This document shows positions 9,819 through 20,142 of a stretch of 64,000 bases of DNA, piece after piece. The stretch is from an uncultured Bacteroides sp. (GTDB lineage: Bacteria > Bacteroidota > Bacteroidia > Bacteroidales > Muribaculaceae): NCBI GenBank assembly GCA_964653375.1, contig CAZZFD010000001.1, forward strand, positions 60,503-124,502. Direction: 5' to 3'. Each line of letters begins with the position of its first letter. The first letter of the stretch is position 1. The notes below the pieces were generated by a model. That model saw nothing but the letters and a program-made list of their open reading frames with translations, ran no database searches and was not told where the DNA came from. The translations under genes were made by a program, and so were the position numbers.

Positions 9819-10220
9819 ATGTTACATGATTTAGTTCCAATTGTAGTTCCCATAGGGATATGTGTAGTTCTTCCTGTGCTTGTGGTGTGGTTAGTAACGC
9901 GTTCAAAAAGCCATAAGGTGGATAAAAATGCCGATGTTCTGATAAAAGCTATCGAAAACAATTCGTCGATTGATGCGGATAAATTGCTGTCTGCTTTGGC
10001 TACTCCTGAGAAAACGTCTAAAGAATTGCTTAGTTTGCGTTTGCTCCGTGGCTGTATATTCTCGCTTATCGGATTGGCTATTTTGATAGTGAAATTTTCC
10101 AATGTTGGTTTTGATGAGTCAATTTTGACATTGTTGTCATGTTGCTCGCTTGCTGTAGGTATCTCTTATCTCGTGGTCTACTTTGTGACACGAAAGAAAA
10201 TAGAAAGCGATACAGAATAA
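9819..10220 (+). CDS. membrane protein (DUF6249-like) upstream of ECF sigma
   Basis: Three hydrophobic segments; ICVVLPVL.VWL and LRLLRGCIFSLIG pattern. Confidence 0.6.
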   Translation: MLHDLVPIVVPIGICVVLPVLVVWLVTRSKSHKVDKNADVLIKAIENNSSIDADKLLSALATPEKTSKELLSLRLLRGCIFSLIGLAILIVKFSNVGFDESILTLLSCCSLAVGISYLVVYFVTRKKIESDTE

Positions 10221-10226
10221 TTCGCG

Positions 10227-10703
10227 ATGGATCAACGGCAATTCATACAATATGTAGAGAATAATCAGAGAGCGGTGCGCCGCTTTCTGACTGTTCTATG
10301 TTGTGGTGATGCTGCTCTGGCTGATGATTTGGCTCAAGATACATTTGTCAAGGCTTATTTGTCAAGCGATGATTTTCGTGAAGAAAGTAAATTTTCCACA
10401 TGGGTTTATCGAATAGCTTATAATACTTTTGTGAGTCATCGGCGAAGTTATCGGCCGGTGGATTCTCTTGGTGTAGCTGAGTGTGTGGCTGATGAACGAC
10501 ATGCGGATACCGGATTGGAGTATCAGGCACTTTATCAGGCTCTTGACAGACTGTCGGATAAAGAGCGGTCAGCCGTGGTACTTTATTATATGCAGGGATA
10601 TTCCATAAGTGAAGTAGCGGAGATTACCGGGGCATCGGTCGATGCTGTCAAGCAACAATTGTCGCGTGGCAGAGCGCATCTAAAGTGTTTAATTAAAGAA
10701 TGA
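10227..10703 (+). CDS. ECF RNA polymerase sigma factor
   Basis: ADDLAQDTFVKAY and FSTWVYRIAYN (region 2); YSISEVAEITG.S...VKQQLSRGR (region 4). Confidence 0.92.
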   Translation: MDQRQFIQYVENNQRAVRRFLTVLCCGDAALADDLAQDTFVKAYLSSDDFREESKFSTWVYRIAYNTFVSHRRSYRPVDSLGVAECVADERHADTGLEYQALYQALDRLSDKERSAVVLYYMQGYSISEVAEITGASVDAVKQQLSRGRAHLKCLIKE

Positions 10704-10709
10704 AAGATT

Positions 10710-11093
10710 ATGGAAGAAGAGAAATTGAAAAATCTTTTTGAGCAATATACTCCTGAGTTATCGTCCGACAGTATGTTTTTGAACCGCTTGCAGCGAAATT
10801 TGGACATGGTGGAGTATCTTAAGAAACACTCAGAGCAGTCGCGGCGTCGCAGTCGATTGGCAATTGTGATAGCAGGTATCGCAGGATTTATACTTGGTAT
10901 ACTGGTGACTTTATGTTATCCGAAGTTATATGACTTTATGTCACCGCTCAAAGGTTTTCTTGATAAAACGTTGCTTTTTGATGCATTGCTTTGGGGTATC
11001 GTCGGCTTTACAGTTATTGTCTTTACTTACGCGGTATATGATTTGTCCCTGATTATTATAAATAACCGACAGAAAAAAATATTAGGCATTTAA
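10710..11093 (+). CDS. putative membrane anti-sigma factor
   Basis: Directly downstream of the ECF gene; soluble N-terminus plus two transmembrane helices. Confidence 0.55.
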   Translation: MEEEKLKNLFEQYTPELSSDSMFLNRLQRNLDMVEYLKKHSEQSRRRSRLAIVIAGIAGFILGILVTLCYPKLYDFMSPLKGFLDKTLLFDALLWGIVGFTVIVFTYAVYDLSLIIINNRQKKILGI

Positions 11094-11866
11094 TCGATGT
11101 TCAGGAAAAGGCGTCGGGCAGAATCAGTGGTAATCTTTGTGATATTGTCAGGCGAGGTAGCGAGAGCCGAGGCTATAGTATCAGCTATGTGAGTGAGATA
11201 GGCAGATTCGTTGCGGCGGCCTCGATAAGGCACGGGTGCCAGATATGGTGAATCGGTTTCAAGCAGAATGCGGTCAATACCTATGGCAGGTAATGTGGAG
11301 GAGAGTCGACTGTTTTTGAATGTGACTATACCGTTTATCCCGAAAAAGTAATCGACAAAACGACGTACTTGCTCAACATCATCCGGTGAGCCTCCAAAAC
11401 TGTGCATAATGCCGTGAGAGTTCGGAAATTCGCTTAGTACTTCGAGAGTCGGGTCAAGAGCTTCACGGCAATGAATTATTACCGGCAGCTTTTTTGCTTC
11501 AGCCCATTGCATCTGCTCGCGAAGTGCAAGCATCTGCTGTTCGCGGAAAGTGGAGTCCCAATAGAGATCCATGCCAATTTCGCCCACAGCCACATAATCA
11601 TTGTCGTTTTCAAGCCGATTTTTTATAAGACACAGCTGATCTTGCCAGTCCTCATTGATTTCTGTAGGGTGAAGGCCCATAGCCATGGATGTCAGGGCGG
11701 GATATTTTGCGTGAAGCTGTCGCATAGGGTCGATGGTGGTGAGATCAACATTGGGGAATATCATGTGGGAGATTCCGGCGGCTAAAGCGCGTTCAACGGC
11801 TGCTTCACTTCCTTCGTTTTCGGAAAATTGCGGAAGGTAAAGATGTGTATGGGTGTCAATCAGCAT
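11090..11866 (-). CDS. tatD: TatD-family hydrolase/nuclease
   Basis: IDTHTHL, GLHP, VGEIGMD, IIHCR and LETDSPYLAP. Confidence 0.92.
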   Translation of the reverse strand: MLIDTHTHLYLPQFSENEGSEAAVERALAAGISHMIFPNVDLTTIDPMRQLHAKYPALTSMAMGLHPTEINEDWQDQLCLIKNRLENDNDYVAVGEIGMDLYWDSTFREQQMLALREQMQWAEAKKLPVIIHCREALDPTLEVLSEFPNSHGIMHSFGGSPDDVEQVRRFVDYFFGINGIVTFKNSRLSSTLPAIGIDRILLETDSPYLAPVPYRGRRNESAYLTHIADTIASALATSPDNITKITTDSARRLFLNID

Positions 11867-11872
11867 AACGGT

Positions 11873-12838
11873 TTACAGCTGGCGGGTGCGTGATTTTTCG
11901 GCGATGTCTGTAAAAAATTGACGTGCAGCGGGAGTGAGTGGGGTATACTGCAGGCAAGCTATCGCTTTGTCGACATATTCATCGCTGGTTTTACGACAGC
12001 GCTCAGGGATATTAATGGAGTCGTAGAGTGCTCTCACATTTTCGATTTTCTCATATGGTGACATTTGCTTTATGGCATTACCGGTGAGAAGCATAGCTTT
12101 ATCTTCGGATAAAGCTGTTATACGCAGCCAAGTGTTTTTGTCGTTTATTATATCACCGCCGATTTCTTTACCGAATACGATGGGGTCACCGTAGGTATCG
12201 AGATAGTCATCCTGAAGTTGGAATGCCATGCCAAGATTGCAGCCGTAGTCGTACATTGCCTGAACGGCTTGGTTGTCAGCTTGGGCCATGAGTGTTCCAA
12301 GAGCAGCTGCGCAGCCCAGCAGCACTGATGTCTTGAGCCTGATCATCTCAAGATATTGTTCCATAGTGATGTCGGTACGATGCTCGAAGTCCATGTCATA
12401 TTGTTGACCTTCGTACACTTGCATAGCTGTGTGCTGAAAAAGCTGAAATACCTTGTCATACACTGAATCCGGACATTTTTTTACTACCAGCGAAGTGGCG
12501 AGTGTAAGCATGGCATCGCCGGAGAGAATTGCTGTGCGGTCATCCCAGCGAGTGTGTACGGTAGGACGCCCGCGCCGCATTTCGGCATGGTCCATTACAT
12601 CATCGTGCAGTAATGTGAAGTTATGAAATATTTCTACAGCTATTGCTTGTCTCGCAGCTGATTCGGCGTTGCCGGAAAAGGCATCGGCTGCAGCAAGTGT
12701 GAGAACGGGGCGCAAACGTTTTCCTCCGCAAGAGAGGGCATATTCTATCGGTTGATATAGTCCGCGGGGCGATTTAGGTAAATCGAGTTTTTCGAGATGC
12801 GAATCAACGATATTGAGATAGTCGGAATGAGTAAGCAT
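11873..12838 (-). CDS. polyprenyl diphosphate synthase
   Basis: GGKRLRP, LLHDDVMD, RRG, GQQYD, KTS and FQLQDDYLD. Start at 12838 preferred. Confidence 0.9.
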   Translation of the reverse strand: MLTHSDYLNIVDSHLEKLDLPKSPRGLYQPIEYALSCGGKRLRPVLTLAAADAFSGNAESAARQAIAVEIFHNFTLLHDDVMDHAEMRRGRPTVHTRWDDRTAILSGDAMLTLATSLVVKKCPDSVYDKVFQLFQHTAMQVYEGQQYDMDFEHRTDITMEQYLEMIRLKTSVLLGCAAALGTLMAQADNQAVQAMYDYGCNLGMAFQLQDDYLDTYGDPIVFGKEIGGDIINDKNTWLRITALSEDKAMLLTGNAIKQMSPYEKIENVRALYDSINIPERCRKTSDEYVDKAIACLQYTPLTPAARQFFTDIAEKSRTRQL

Positions 12839-12962
12839 ATTTAGTAATAAATTTCGATACAAATTTAGTGATTCTTTTTTCTAAAATTGCATTATATCCA
12901 AAACTATTGATAACTTTGCAACATTATATAAATTACATATATAACTTCAATCAAGATTCGAG

Positions 12963-14108
12963 ATGAAAAAGATATTAGTAGCCCTTTTAATTGTCGGAGG
13001 AATGTCTGTAGCATCTGCGCAGCAGTATTATAATGTTCCGGGATTTGATGCAAACTGGTCGTTTGGTCTTGATGGTGGAGCCACTACCACATTGGCGCAT
13101 CATCATAAATTTTTCGGCGATATGCGCGGTATGGTGGGCGCTCATTTACAGAAGCAGATATCGCCTGTGTTTGCTTTGGGTGTAGAAGCCAATTGGGGTA
13201 TCAACACATCATCGTGGTTTGGTAAAAAACGGGGTGTGGTTTTTGATAATCAATATTTAGGTGTCTACGGAAGTGCAAATATATTTAATCTTTTCGGCGG
13301 CTTTAAGTATCGTGTGTTTGATATGGAACTGACAGCAGGCGCCGGCTGGGGACATGATTATGTATGGGGTGGATATAACGGTTATGGTGATGAGGATGCC
13401 AATTATTTCATGACCAAGGCCGGTGTTAACTTTAATTTTAACATAAATCGTAATTGGACTGTTTCGCTCAAGCCTTCGGTTGCTTGGAATATGACAGGTT
13501 CACCTTACGGCGCACCATTCCATATCGAGCAGACATCTTGCGGATATGACCGCGATAATGCAACATTCAATGTACTTGTCGGCGTGACGTATCATTTTGA
13601 TCCGCAGTTTGAGCCGGCTGAAGTTGGTAATCAGGCAGAAATATGTGCTCTTAACGCACAGATAAATTCTCTTCGCGGAGAGATTGCCGAGATTGAGGCT
13701 GCCACAGCTGTAGCTTTGGCACAGGTGGCTCAGACTAAGGCAGAACTTGATTGCTGCCTCAATCGGAAGCCTGAAGTTGTAAAGGTTGCCGCTGAGGCTC
13801 CCACATATATATTGTTCAAGTTCGCAAGTTCAAAGATAGGCTCGGATCAGCAGCCTTATATGGAGAATTTGTCTAAGTATCTCAAAGAGAATCCGTCGGT
13901 TAAGATTATGGTTAAAGGATATGCATCGCCTGTAGGTCCGGAATCGGTGAATTTGCCACTGTCGGAAGCTCGTGCCGAAGCTGTGAAGTCTATGCTCGTG
14001 AATATTTATGGTATCGATGGATCGCGTATCATGACCAAGGGAGAGGGCGTAGGTCACATTTTTGACACAAAGTCGCTTAATCGTGTATCAATCTGCACTG
14101 TTGAATGA
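12963..14108 (+). CDS. OmpA-family outer membrane protein
   Basis: Signal peptide, aromatic-rich beta-barrel region, coiled-coil linker and OmpA_C motif NLPLSEARAEAVK; TAACTTTG at 12911. Confidence 0.88.
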   Translation: MKKILVALLIVGGMSVASAQQYYNVPGFDANWSFGLDGGATTTLAHHHKFFGDMRGMVGAHLQKQISPVFALGVEANWGINTSSWFGKKRGVVFDNQYLGVYGSANIFNLFGGFKYRVFDMELTAGAGWGHDYVWGGYNGYGDEDANYFMTKAGVNFNFNINRNWTVSLKPSVAWNMTGSPYGAPFHIEQTSCGYDRDNATFNVLVGVTYHFDPQFEPAEVGNQAEICALNAQINSLRGEIAEIEAATAVALAQVAQTKAELDCCLNRKPEVVKVAAEAPTYILFKFASSKIGSDQQPYMENLSKYLKENPSVKIMVKGYASPVGPESVNLPLSEARAEAVKSMLVNIYGIDGSRIMTKGEGVGHIFDTKSLNRVSICTVE

Positions 14109-15274
14109 TTTGCCCGAGATTAAGATTAATATTTTACCTCATTATATCGATTTCCGTCCTTGATGTATCAGGGGCGGAAATTGCTAATTGTTATCAGGGG
14201 CGCGCGTTATTCACTGTGACTATGCCACAGTTTGATGATGATGTGATTTATGAGGTTGACCTTTTCCAATATCCAAATCCGGCCGACACTTTGCTGGGGT
14301 TTGATTATCTGATTAGTTGGCGTCCGCGCAGTCAAGTCGGTGCCGGAGAAGGTTTTTCGGCTTATTTTGTCGGAAATCATTATCGTTATTCGGGACACAA
14401 ATTGCAGGAATATCACTTTAGTGTCGATTCGTTGCCGTTTTGTGTGGGAAAAGGGCGAATGGGAGGAGTACATCGAGCTGCTCAGTTTGTCAATCTGTTG
14501 CCGTCGGTAGTGATTGATGAAATAAAAGCTATGGCGGTAGATTCGGCTTATGCGTTTACTTATCATTGTGATACTGTGGTTGACGGGATTCATCGCCGTG
14601 GTATAGATATCGATATGAGGGTAGGTGGTGTGACAGCTCGTGAAAGTGAGTATCTGTTTGATATTGTCAGCGGTATTCCGGTCAGGATAAGAAACGAGAA
14701 TAATCCGGGCAGTATCACCGAACAGTCAGTGTGGGTGGCATATTCCGACAGTACATTTATGCCATGTGGCGCGTTGACAGAAGATCAGCTTATATCGATG
14801 TTTCCGGATGCGTTTGGTCGATACCGGCAGAGTACTTTCCGCATTGACAATCTGCCCGGGACTCCTTTGCCCGGTTTTTCACTGCCTACAATCAGTAATG
14901 AGCGATTTTCACGCCGTGAGTCAGATGGCTTTCGTGAGGCCACAATGGTGGTGTTGCTGAGTGCTGACGGTGGTTTTACCGAGGCATTGATTGACGCGGT
15001 GCGCGCGGGGGTGGATCTGATGTCGTATCCGGTTAATGTGATTTGGGTTTTTACTGATAATCATGTTGGCAGTATTACAGATATTTTGGGTGACGTGCGT
15101 CGTGGGGAAACTTTGTTGATTAACGGTGAATCACTTGCCCGAGATTGTGGGGTGACTACACCTCCGGCTATTGTGATGACCGGTAGAGACGGAATAGTGC
15201 GATATGTAAGTGTAGGATTCAACAATGGCATCACTTCAGATGTTATACAGAAAATGACGTTATTGTCACAGTGA
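14105..15274 (+). CDS. exported protein with a C-terminal thioredoxin-like domain lacking CXXC
   Basis: GTPLPGFSLPTI and CGVTTPPAIVMTGRDGIVRY resemble TlpA-type redoxins; ATGA overlap with ompA. Confidence 0.5.
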   Translation: MICPRLRLIFYLIISISVLDVSGAEIANCYQGRALFTVTMPQFDDDVIYEVDLFQYPNPADTLLGFDYLISWRPRSQVGAGEGFSAYFVGNHYRYSGHKLQEYHFSVDSLPFCVGKGRMGGVHRAAQFVNLLPSVVIDEIKAMAVDSAYAFTYHCDTVVDGIHRRGIDIDMRVGGVTARESEYLFDIVSGIPVRIRNENNPGSITEQSVWVAYSDSTFMPCGALTEDQLISMFPDAFGRYRQSTFRIDNLPGTPLPGFSLPTISNERFSRRESDGFREATMVVLLSADGGFTEALIDAVRAGVDLMSYPVNVIWVFTDNHVGSITDILGDVRRGETLLINGESLARDCGVTTPPAIVMTGRDGIVRYVSVGFNNGITSDVIQKMTLLSQ

Positions 15275-15334
15275 CCATGACGTCAGATTTCAAAGATTGA
15301 ATAATATTATTTACAGTTATTAGCGACTATTTTT

Positions 15335-15844
15335 ATGGAAACCGTTTATTTCAAAGGTACACCCTGTCACACTTATGGCACAATGCCTGAAGTTACTCAT
15401 GTTGCCCCATGTTTTCACCTTACGGGCGCTGATCTTTCGTTGGTGGAATGTAATAAATTCAAGAATCGTACGGTGGTGCTGAATATCTTTCCAAGTCTTG
15501 ATACGGAGGTATGTGCACGTAGTGTTCGTAGATTTAATGAGGAGGCCGCAGCGCTGCCCGATACTGATGTGATATGTGTGTCTATGGATTTGCCATTCGC
15601 CATGTCGCGTTTCTGTACTTTGGAAGGAATTAAAAATGTGATCTTTGCTTCGGCATTCCGTTCTCCTTTGTTCGGCGAACAGTTTGGCGTACAGTTGTGC
15701 GACGGTCCTTTGGCCGGATTGCTAACGCGTGCCGTCATCATCATCGACCCACATCGTAAAGTGATCTACCGTCAGATGGTTTCGGAAATAACTGAAGAAC
15801 CTGACTATAATGCAGCACTTAATGTGCTAAAAGGCAAATATTAA
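15335..15844 (+). CDS. tpx: thiol peroxidase (Tpx)
   Basis: LNIFPSLDTEVC, SMDLPFAMSRFC and EITEEPDY. Confidence 0.93.
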   Translation: METVYFKGTPCHTYGTMPEVTHVAPCFHLTGADLSLVECNKFKNRTVVLNIFPSLDTEVCARSVRRFNEEAAALPDTDVICVSMDLPFAMSRFCTLEGIKNVIFASAFRSPLFGEQFGVQLCDGPLAGLLTRAVIIIDPHRKVIYRQMVSEITEEPDYNAALNVLKGKY

Positions 15845-17506
15845 TTATTGATATAGATAGCGCTTGATTGAGCGTTTGGGAGTCTTTTGAAACTCACTTG
15901 CAAGGAGCTGCACTTCATCTACTCGTTCGTATGGCGCTGTGAGGGAGTTCAGTTCCTTGAGTGTTGATTCCATTATCTCTGGCATTTGCTCGAGTGTGAT
16001 ACCCGCTGCGTCCATGGCGTCAAAGTCGGGATAAACCAGTGCCAAGAGTTTTTTCCCGCGTTCAACTACCAGGCTTTCCGCTACAAAAGGCATATTGTTG
16101 AGCTTCGCTTCTATTTCTTCAGGATAGATGTTTTGACCATTGGCGGTAAGTATCATAGTCTTATATCTTCCTTTGATAAATATTGTGCCTGCGTCGCGTA
16201 TGATACCCATGTCACCCGTATGGAGCCAGCCCTCATCATCAATCGCTTCCCGGGTGGCGCGTGGATTCTTATAGTATCCTTTCATCAGGTTTTCACCTTT
16301 GACGCATATTTCTCCGGGAATTGTGGCTTCGTTGTCGCTCAATATTTTTGAATACATGAAACCCTGCAATGTTCGGCCTGAGGAGCGCGGGATAAATTCA
16401 CGCCAGGGAGTGAAACTGATAAGCGGGCCGCATTCGGTCATCCCGTAACCAACTGAGAAGGGGAATTTGATTTTGTATAAAAATTCTTCGACTTGGGGAT
16501 TTAGTGGCGCTCCGCCTACGATAACCTGCTCAAATTCACCTCCGAAAGCCTCAATCAATCGTTTGCATATTTTGGCGTAGATGCGTTGCTTGAGAATAGG
16601 TATTTTCAACAGATTGCGGGTGGTAGCTTTAGTGATGACAGGTACAATCTGTTTACGGTAGATTTTTTCAAGTATAAGCGGTACACATAATATTAAAGTG
16701 GGTTTTACTTCCGATAGTGCTTTCAGCAAGGGCTTGGGAGCCGGCAGACGCCCGAAAAGTGTCACATGTGTACCAACGGCAAGTGGGGTAAGCAGGTCAA
16801 ATGCACAGCCGTAAGCATGGGCAAGCGGCAGGAATGACAGACAGCGGGAGCCTTGATAATGCAATTTCGATTGGATTCCGAACAATACGTTGCCACACAG
16901 ATTATTCAGCGTGAGCATTACCCCTTTGGAGAAACCTGTAGTGCCGGAAGTATAATTGATTACAGCCACGGAATCGGCGTTGAAATGACTATATGTCACA
17001 TCTTGGGAATGATACCCGTCGGGATATATTTTATTGAACTCATCGCTTAGATTATGTAGAATCTGTACGGCGCTACAAGTGCGGTTGCGTTCGGCTAATA
17101 CCACAGGCTTGTCGAGCGAGAATACTGTGCGCAGTTTGCGCATATTGCCGAATTCAAAATTTTCCCACAGTGAGTCTGATACAATCAGTACAATAGAATC
17201 GCTATGATTTACGATATGTTGAGCATCTGTAGGATTAAATTCTTGCAGAACAGGTACTATTACTGCACCATAAGTGATAGTTGCCATAAAGCTGACCACC
17301 CAATTGGCGCTGTTTTTACCCATCAGAGCCACTTTGTCGCCCGGCTGAATGCCAAGTTGTTTATATAGTAGATGGACATGTGCAATCCGGCGCGCGAATT
17401 CGCCGTAAGTCAGCGTACAGTTAGTACCATATTCACTCAAAGCCGGAAAATCCCAGTTGCTTTTGAAGCACCCGGCGTAAATCTGCAATAAATCTTCCTG
17501 CAACAT
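15845..17506 (-). CDS. long-chain fatty acid-CoA ligase (AMP-binding)
   Basis: YTSGTTGFSKGV, GYGMTE, WLHTGD and GQNIYPEEIE. Confidence 0.9.
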   Translation of the reverse strand: MLQEDLLQIYAGCFKSNWDFPALSEYGTNCTLTYGEFARRIAHVHLLYKQLGIQPGDKVALMGKNSANWVVSFMATITYGAVIVPVLQEFNPTDAQHIVNHSDSIVLIVSDSLWENFEFGNMRKLRTVFSLDKPVVLAERNRTCSAVQILHNLSDEFNKIYPDGYHSQDVTYSHFNADSVAVINYTSGTTGFSKGVMLTLNNLCGNVLFGIQSKLHYQGSRCLSFLPLAHAYGCAFDLLTPLAVGTHVTLFGRLPAPKPLLKALSEVKPTLILCVPLILEKIYRKQIVPVITKATTRNLLKIPILKQRIYAKICKRLIEAFGGEFEQVIVGGAPLNPQVEEFLYKIKFPFSVGYGMTECGPLISFTPWREFIPRSSGRTLQGFMYSKILSDNEATIPGEICVKGENLMKGYYKNPRATREAIDDEGWLHTGDMGIIRDAGTIFIKGRYKTMILTANGQNIYPEEIEAKLNNMPFVAESLVVERGKKLLALVYPDFDAMDAAGITLEQMPEIMESTLKELNSLTAPYERVDEVQLLASEFQKTPKRSIKRYLYQ

Positions 17507-17531
17507 ATCGTAAGTCAAATGTGGCAGATAA

Positions 17532-18830
17532 TTATCCGCCGAAGTTATCGTAGTGAATATTTTCGGGGTCTACACCAAGCGAATCAAGCATCTTGTTGAC
17601 AGCTGCCGACATCGGACCCGGACCGCACATATAGTATTCGATATCCTCGGGTGCTTCGTGATTTTTCAGATATGTGTCATATATCACCTGATGTACAAAG
17701 CCCGGTGTGTATTTTACGCCTGCTGCATCTGCTGCGGGGTCGGGACGGTCGAGGGCAAGGTGGAAGTGGAAGTTGGGAAATTCTTTTTCCAATTCCAGGA
17801 AGTCCTTAAGATAGAAAACTTCGTTGAGGGCACGGGCACCGTAGAAGTAGTGCATCTCGCGGTCACGTGTCTGGAGCGTTTTAGTCAGGTGCATAATCTG
17901 AGCTCTCAGAGGAGCCATACCGGCACCACCACCTATCCACATCATCTCTTTCTTGGAGTCGAATATAGGGTGGAAATCACCGTAGGGGCCGCTCATCACC
18001 ACTTTGTCACCAGGTTTAAGGGTGAAGATATAGCTTGATGCTATACCGGGCATCACGTCCATAAAACCTACTTGAGGTTTCGGCTTGAAAGGGGGTGTCG
18101 CTATACGGACGGTGAGCATTATGCGGTCGCCTTCTGCCGGATAATTGGCCATAGAATATGCTCGCACGGTGGTCTCGTCGTTGTGGCATTTGAGAGAGAA
18201 GAGCCCGTATTGTTCCCAAGCCGGAAGATATTCCGGTCCTATTGAGGCTTTGTCAATATCTTTATCATACGTCATGGAGTATGGAGGTATCTTAATCTGG
18301 GCATAGGAGCCGGGTATGAAATCCATGTGCTGTCCCGGAGGAAGAGCTACTATAAATTCTTTGATGAAGGTCGATACATTGTTGTTGCTTATCACTTCGC
18401 ACTCCCATTCTTTGATGTCAAGTACCGAAGCCGGAACTTTCAGATCCATGTTTTCTTTCACTTTCACCTGACAGGCCAGACGCCAATGGTCTTTTATCTG
18501 GCGGCGAGTGAAGTGAACTTTTTCGGTGGGGAGTATATCACCGCCGCCTGACAGCACCTGTACACGACACTGGCCACAGCTACCTTTGCCACCGCAAGCC
18601 GATGGCAGGAAAATATTGTTGTCAGCCATGGTAGAGAGCAGAGGCTTGCCCGAGTCAGCCTCTATAGTGGTGTCGGAGTTGATTGTGATTTTTACTTTAC
18701 CTGAATGAACCAGAAAACGTTTGGCTGTGAGAAGTACGGCTACAAGCAGTAATGTGATAAGCAAAAATATGCCCACTCCTGACAGTATGGTGAGTGAGGC
18801 TGTGGAAGCCGGTATGGTAAGTATAGTCAT
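17532..18830 (-). CDS. nqrF: Na+-translocating NADH:quinone reductase subunit F
   Basis: [12 protein letters not shown] 2Fe-2S motif, [17 protein letters not shown] and YMCGP. Confidence 0.96.
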   Translation of the reverse strand: MTILTIPASTASLTILSGVGIFLLITLLLVAVLLTAKRFLVHSGKVKITINSDTTIEADSGKPLLSTMADNNIFLPSACGGKGSCGQCRVQVLSGGGDILPTEKVHFTRRQIKDHWRLACQVKVKENMDLKVPASVLDIKEWECEVISNNNVSTFIKEFIVALPPGQHMDFIPGSYAQIKIPPYSMTYDKDIDKASIGPEYLPAWEQYGLFSLKCHNDETTVRAYSMANYPAEGDRIMLTVRIATPPFKPKPQVGFMDVMPGIASSYIFTLKPGDKVVMSGPYGDFHPIFDSKKEMMWIGGGAGMAPLRAQIMHLTKTLQTRDREMHYFYGARALNEVFYLKDFLELEKEFPNFHFHLALDRPDPAADAAGVKYTPGFVHQVIYDTYLKNHEAPEDIEYYMCGPGPMSAAVNKMLDSLGVDPENIHYDNFGG

Positions 18831-18839
18831 ATCTGTAGA

Positions 18840-19457
18840 TTATATTTTAATTCCGAGGAAACTCATGAATGCGATACCCATCAGAGCAGTGAGTATGAAG
18901 GTGATGCCGATGCCACGGAGCGGACGCGGGATATTGGAGTAGGTTTCAAGGCGTTCGCGGATAGCAGCTATGGCTACGATGGCGAGTAGCCAGCCGAGTC
19001 CCCAGCCTCCGCCTGCGCTTACGGCTGTCCATACACTGTCAAAACCGCGCTGTTGCATAAACAGTGAGCCGCCCAATATGGCACAGTTTACGGCTATGAG
19101 CGGGAGAAATATGCCAAGAGAAGAATAGAGAGCCGGTGAATATTTTTCAACAGTCATTTCTACCAGTTGAGTCATCGATGCTATGACAGCGATGAACATT
19201 ATCAGTGACAGGAAACTCAGGTCGATATCGGAATATTCCGGACCAAGCCATGACAGAGCGCCTGCACTTAAGATGTATGTGTTGAGCAAGTAGTTTATAG
19301 GCAGTGAGATTACGAGCATAAATGTCACTGCTATACCCAGGCCGAACGCTGTCTTTACGTTTTTGGAAACAGCAAGAAATGAACACATGCCTAAGAAGTA
19401 GGCAAATATCATATTGTCGACAAATATTGAGCGTATAAACAGATTGAAATTTTCCAT
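18840..19457 (-). CDS. nqrE: Na+-NQR subunit E
   Basis: FLGMCSFLAVSK and GIFLPLIAVNCAILG. Confidence 0.95.
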   Translation of the reverse strand: MENFNLFIRSIFVDNMIFAYFLGMCSFLAVSKNVKTAFGLGIAVTFMLVISLPINYLLNTYILSAGALSWLGPEYSDIDLSFLSLIMFIAVIASMTQLVEMTVEKYSPALYSSLGIFLPLIAVNCAILGGSLFMQQRGFDSVWTAVSAGGGWGLGWLLAIVAIAAIRERLETYSNIPRPLRGIGITFILTALMGIAFMSFLGIKI

Positions 19458-19515
19458 GTTTCTGTATCTGTGATTGAGTTGTTACGGTATATATTGTGTT
19501 GCGGTCAGTGGGTGT

Positions 19516-20139
19516 TTATTCTTGGAGATCCTTGTTGATGGAGCGGTGTACCCATATTATGCAGCCTACCACTATAAGCGCCATAGGCGGAAGAATCATC
19601 AGGCCGTTGTTGACATATCCTGCGTCATAGAACGATTGTGGTATCACCTGATATCCAAGCAGAGTACCGCTACCGAACAGTTCACGGAAGAAAGCCACGA
19701 TGATAAGGATTATAGTGTAGCCTACGCCATTGCCGATACCATCGAGAAATGACGGCCACGGTTTGTTGGCCATAGCAAAAGCCTCGAGGCGTCCCATCAA
19801 TATACAGTTTGTGATAATCAGACCGATGAATACCGACAGCTGTTTACTCACATCGTAGGCATAGGCTTTGAGCAGTTGGTCAACGATTACTACCAATCCG
19901 GCAACTACCACTAATTGTACGATGATGCGGATATTGGTGGGAATGGTGTTGCGTAGCAATGATATTATGACATTGGAGAATGCCAATACTGAAATCACGG
20001 AGATGCCCATTACTATGGCAGGTTCGAGTTTTGCTGTCACGGCGAGGGCCGAGCATATACCGAGCACCTGCACTATTACAGGATTGTTTTTCGAAAACGG
20101 ATTGAGTATTACCGATCGATAGTTGATTTTTTCTGCCAT
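19516..20139 (-). CDS. nqrD: Na+-NQR subunit D
   Basis: VLGICSALAVT and GLIITNCILMGRLEAFA. Confidence 0.95.
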   Translation of the reverse strand: MAEKINYRSVILNPFSKNNPVIVQVLGICSALAVTAKLEPAIVMGISVISVLAFSNVIISLLRNTIPTNIRIIVQLVVVAGLVVIVDQLLKAYAYDVSKQLSVFIGLIITNCILMGRLEAFAMANKPWPSFLDGIGNGVGYTIILIIVAFFRELFGSGTLLGYQVIPQSFYDAGYVNNGLMILPPMALIVVGCIIWVHRSINKDLQE

Positions 20140-20142
20140 AAC

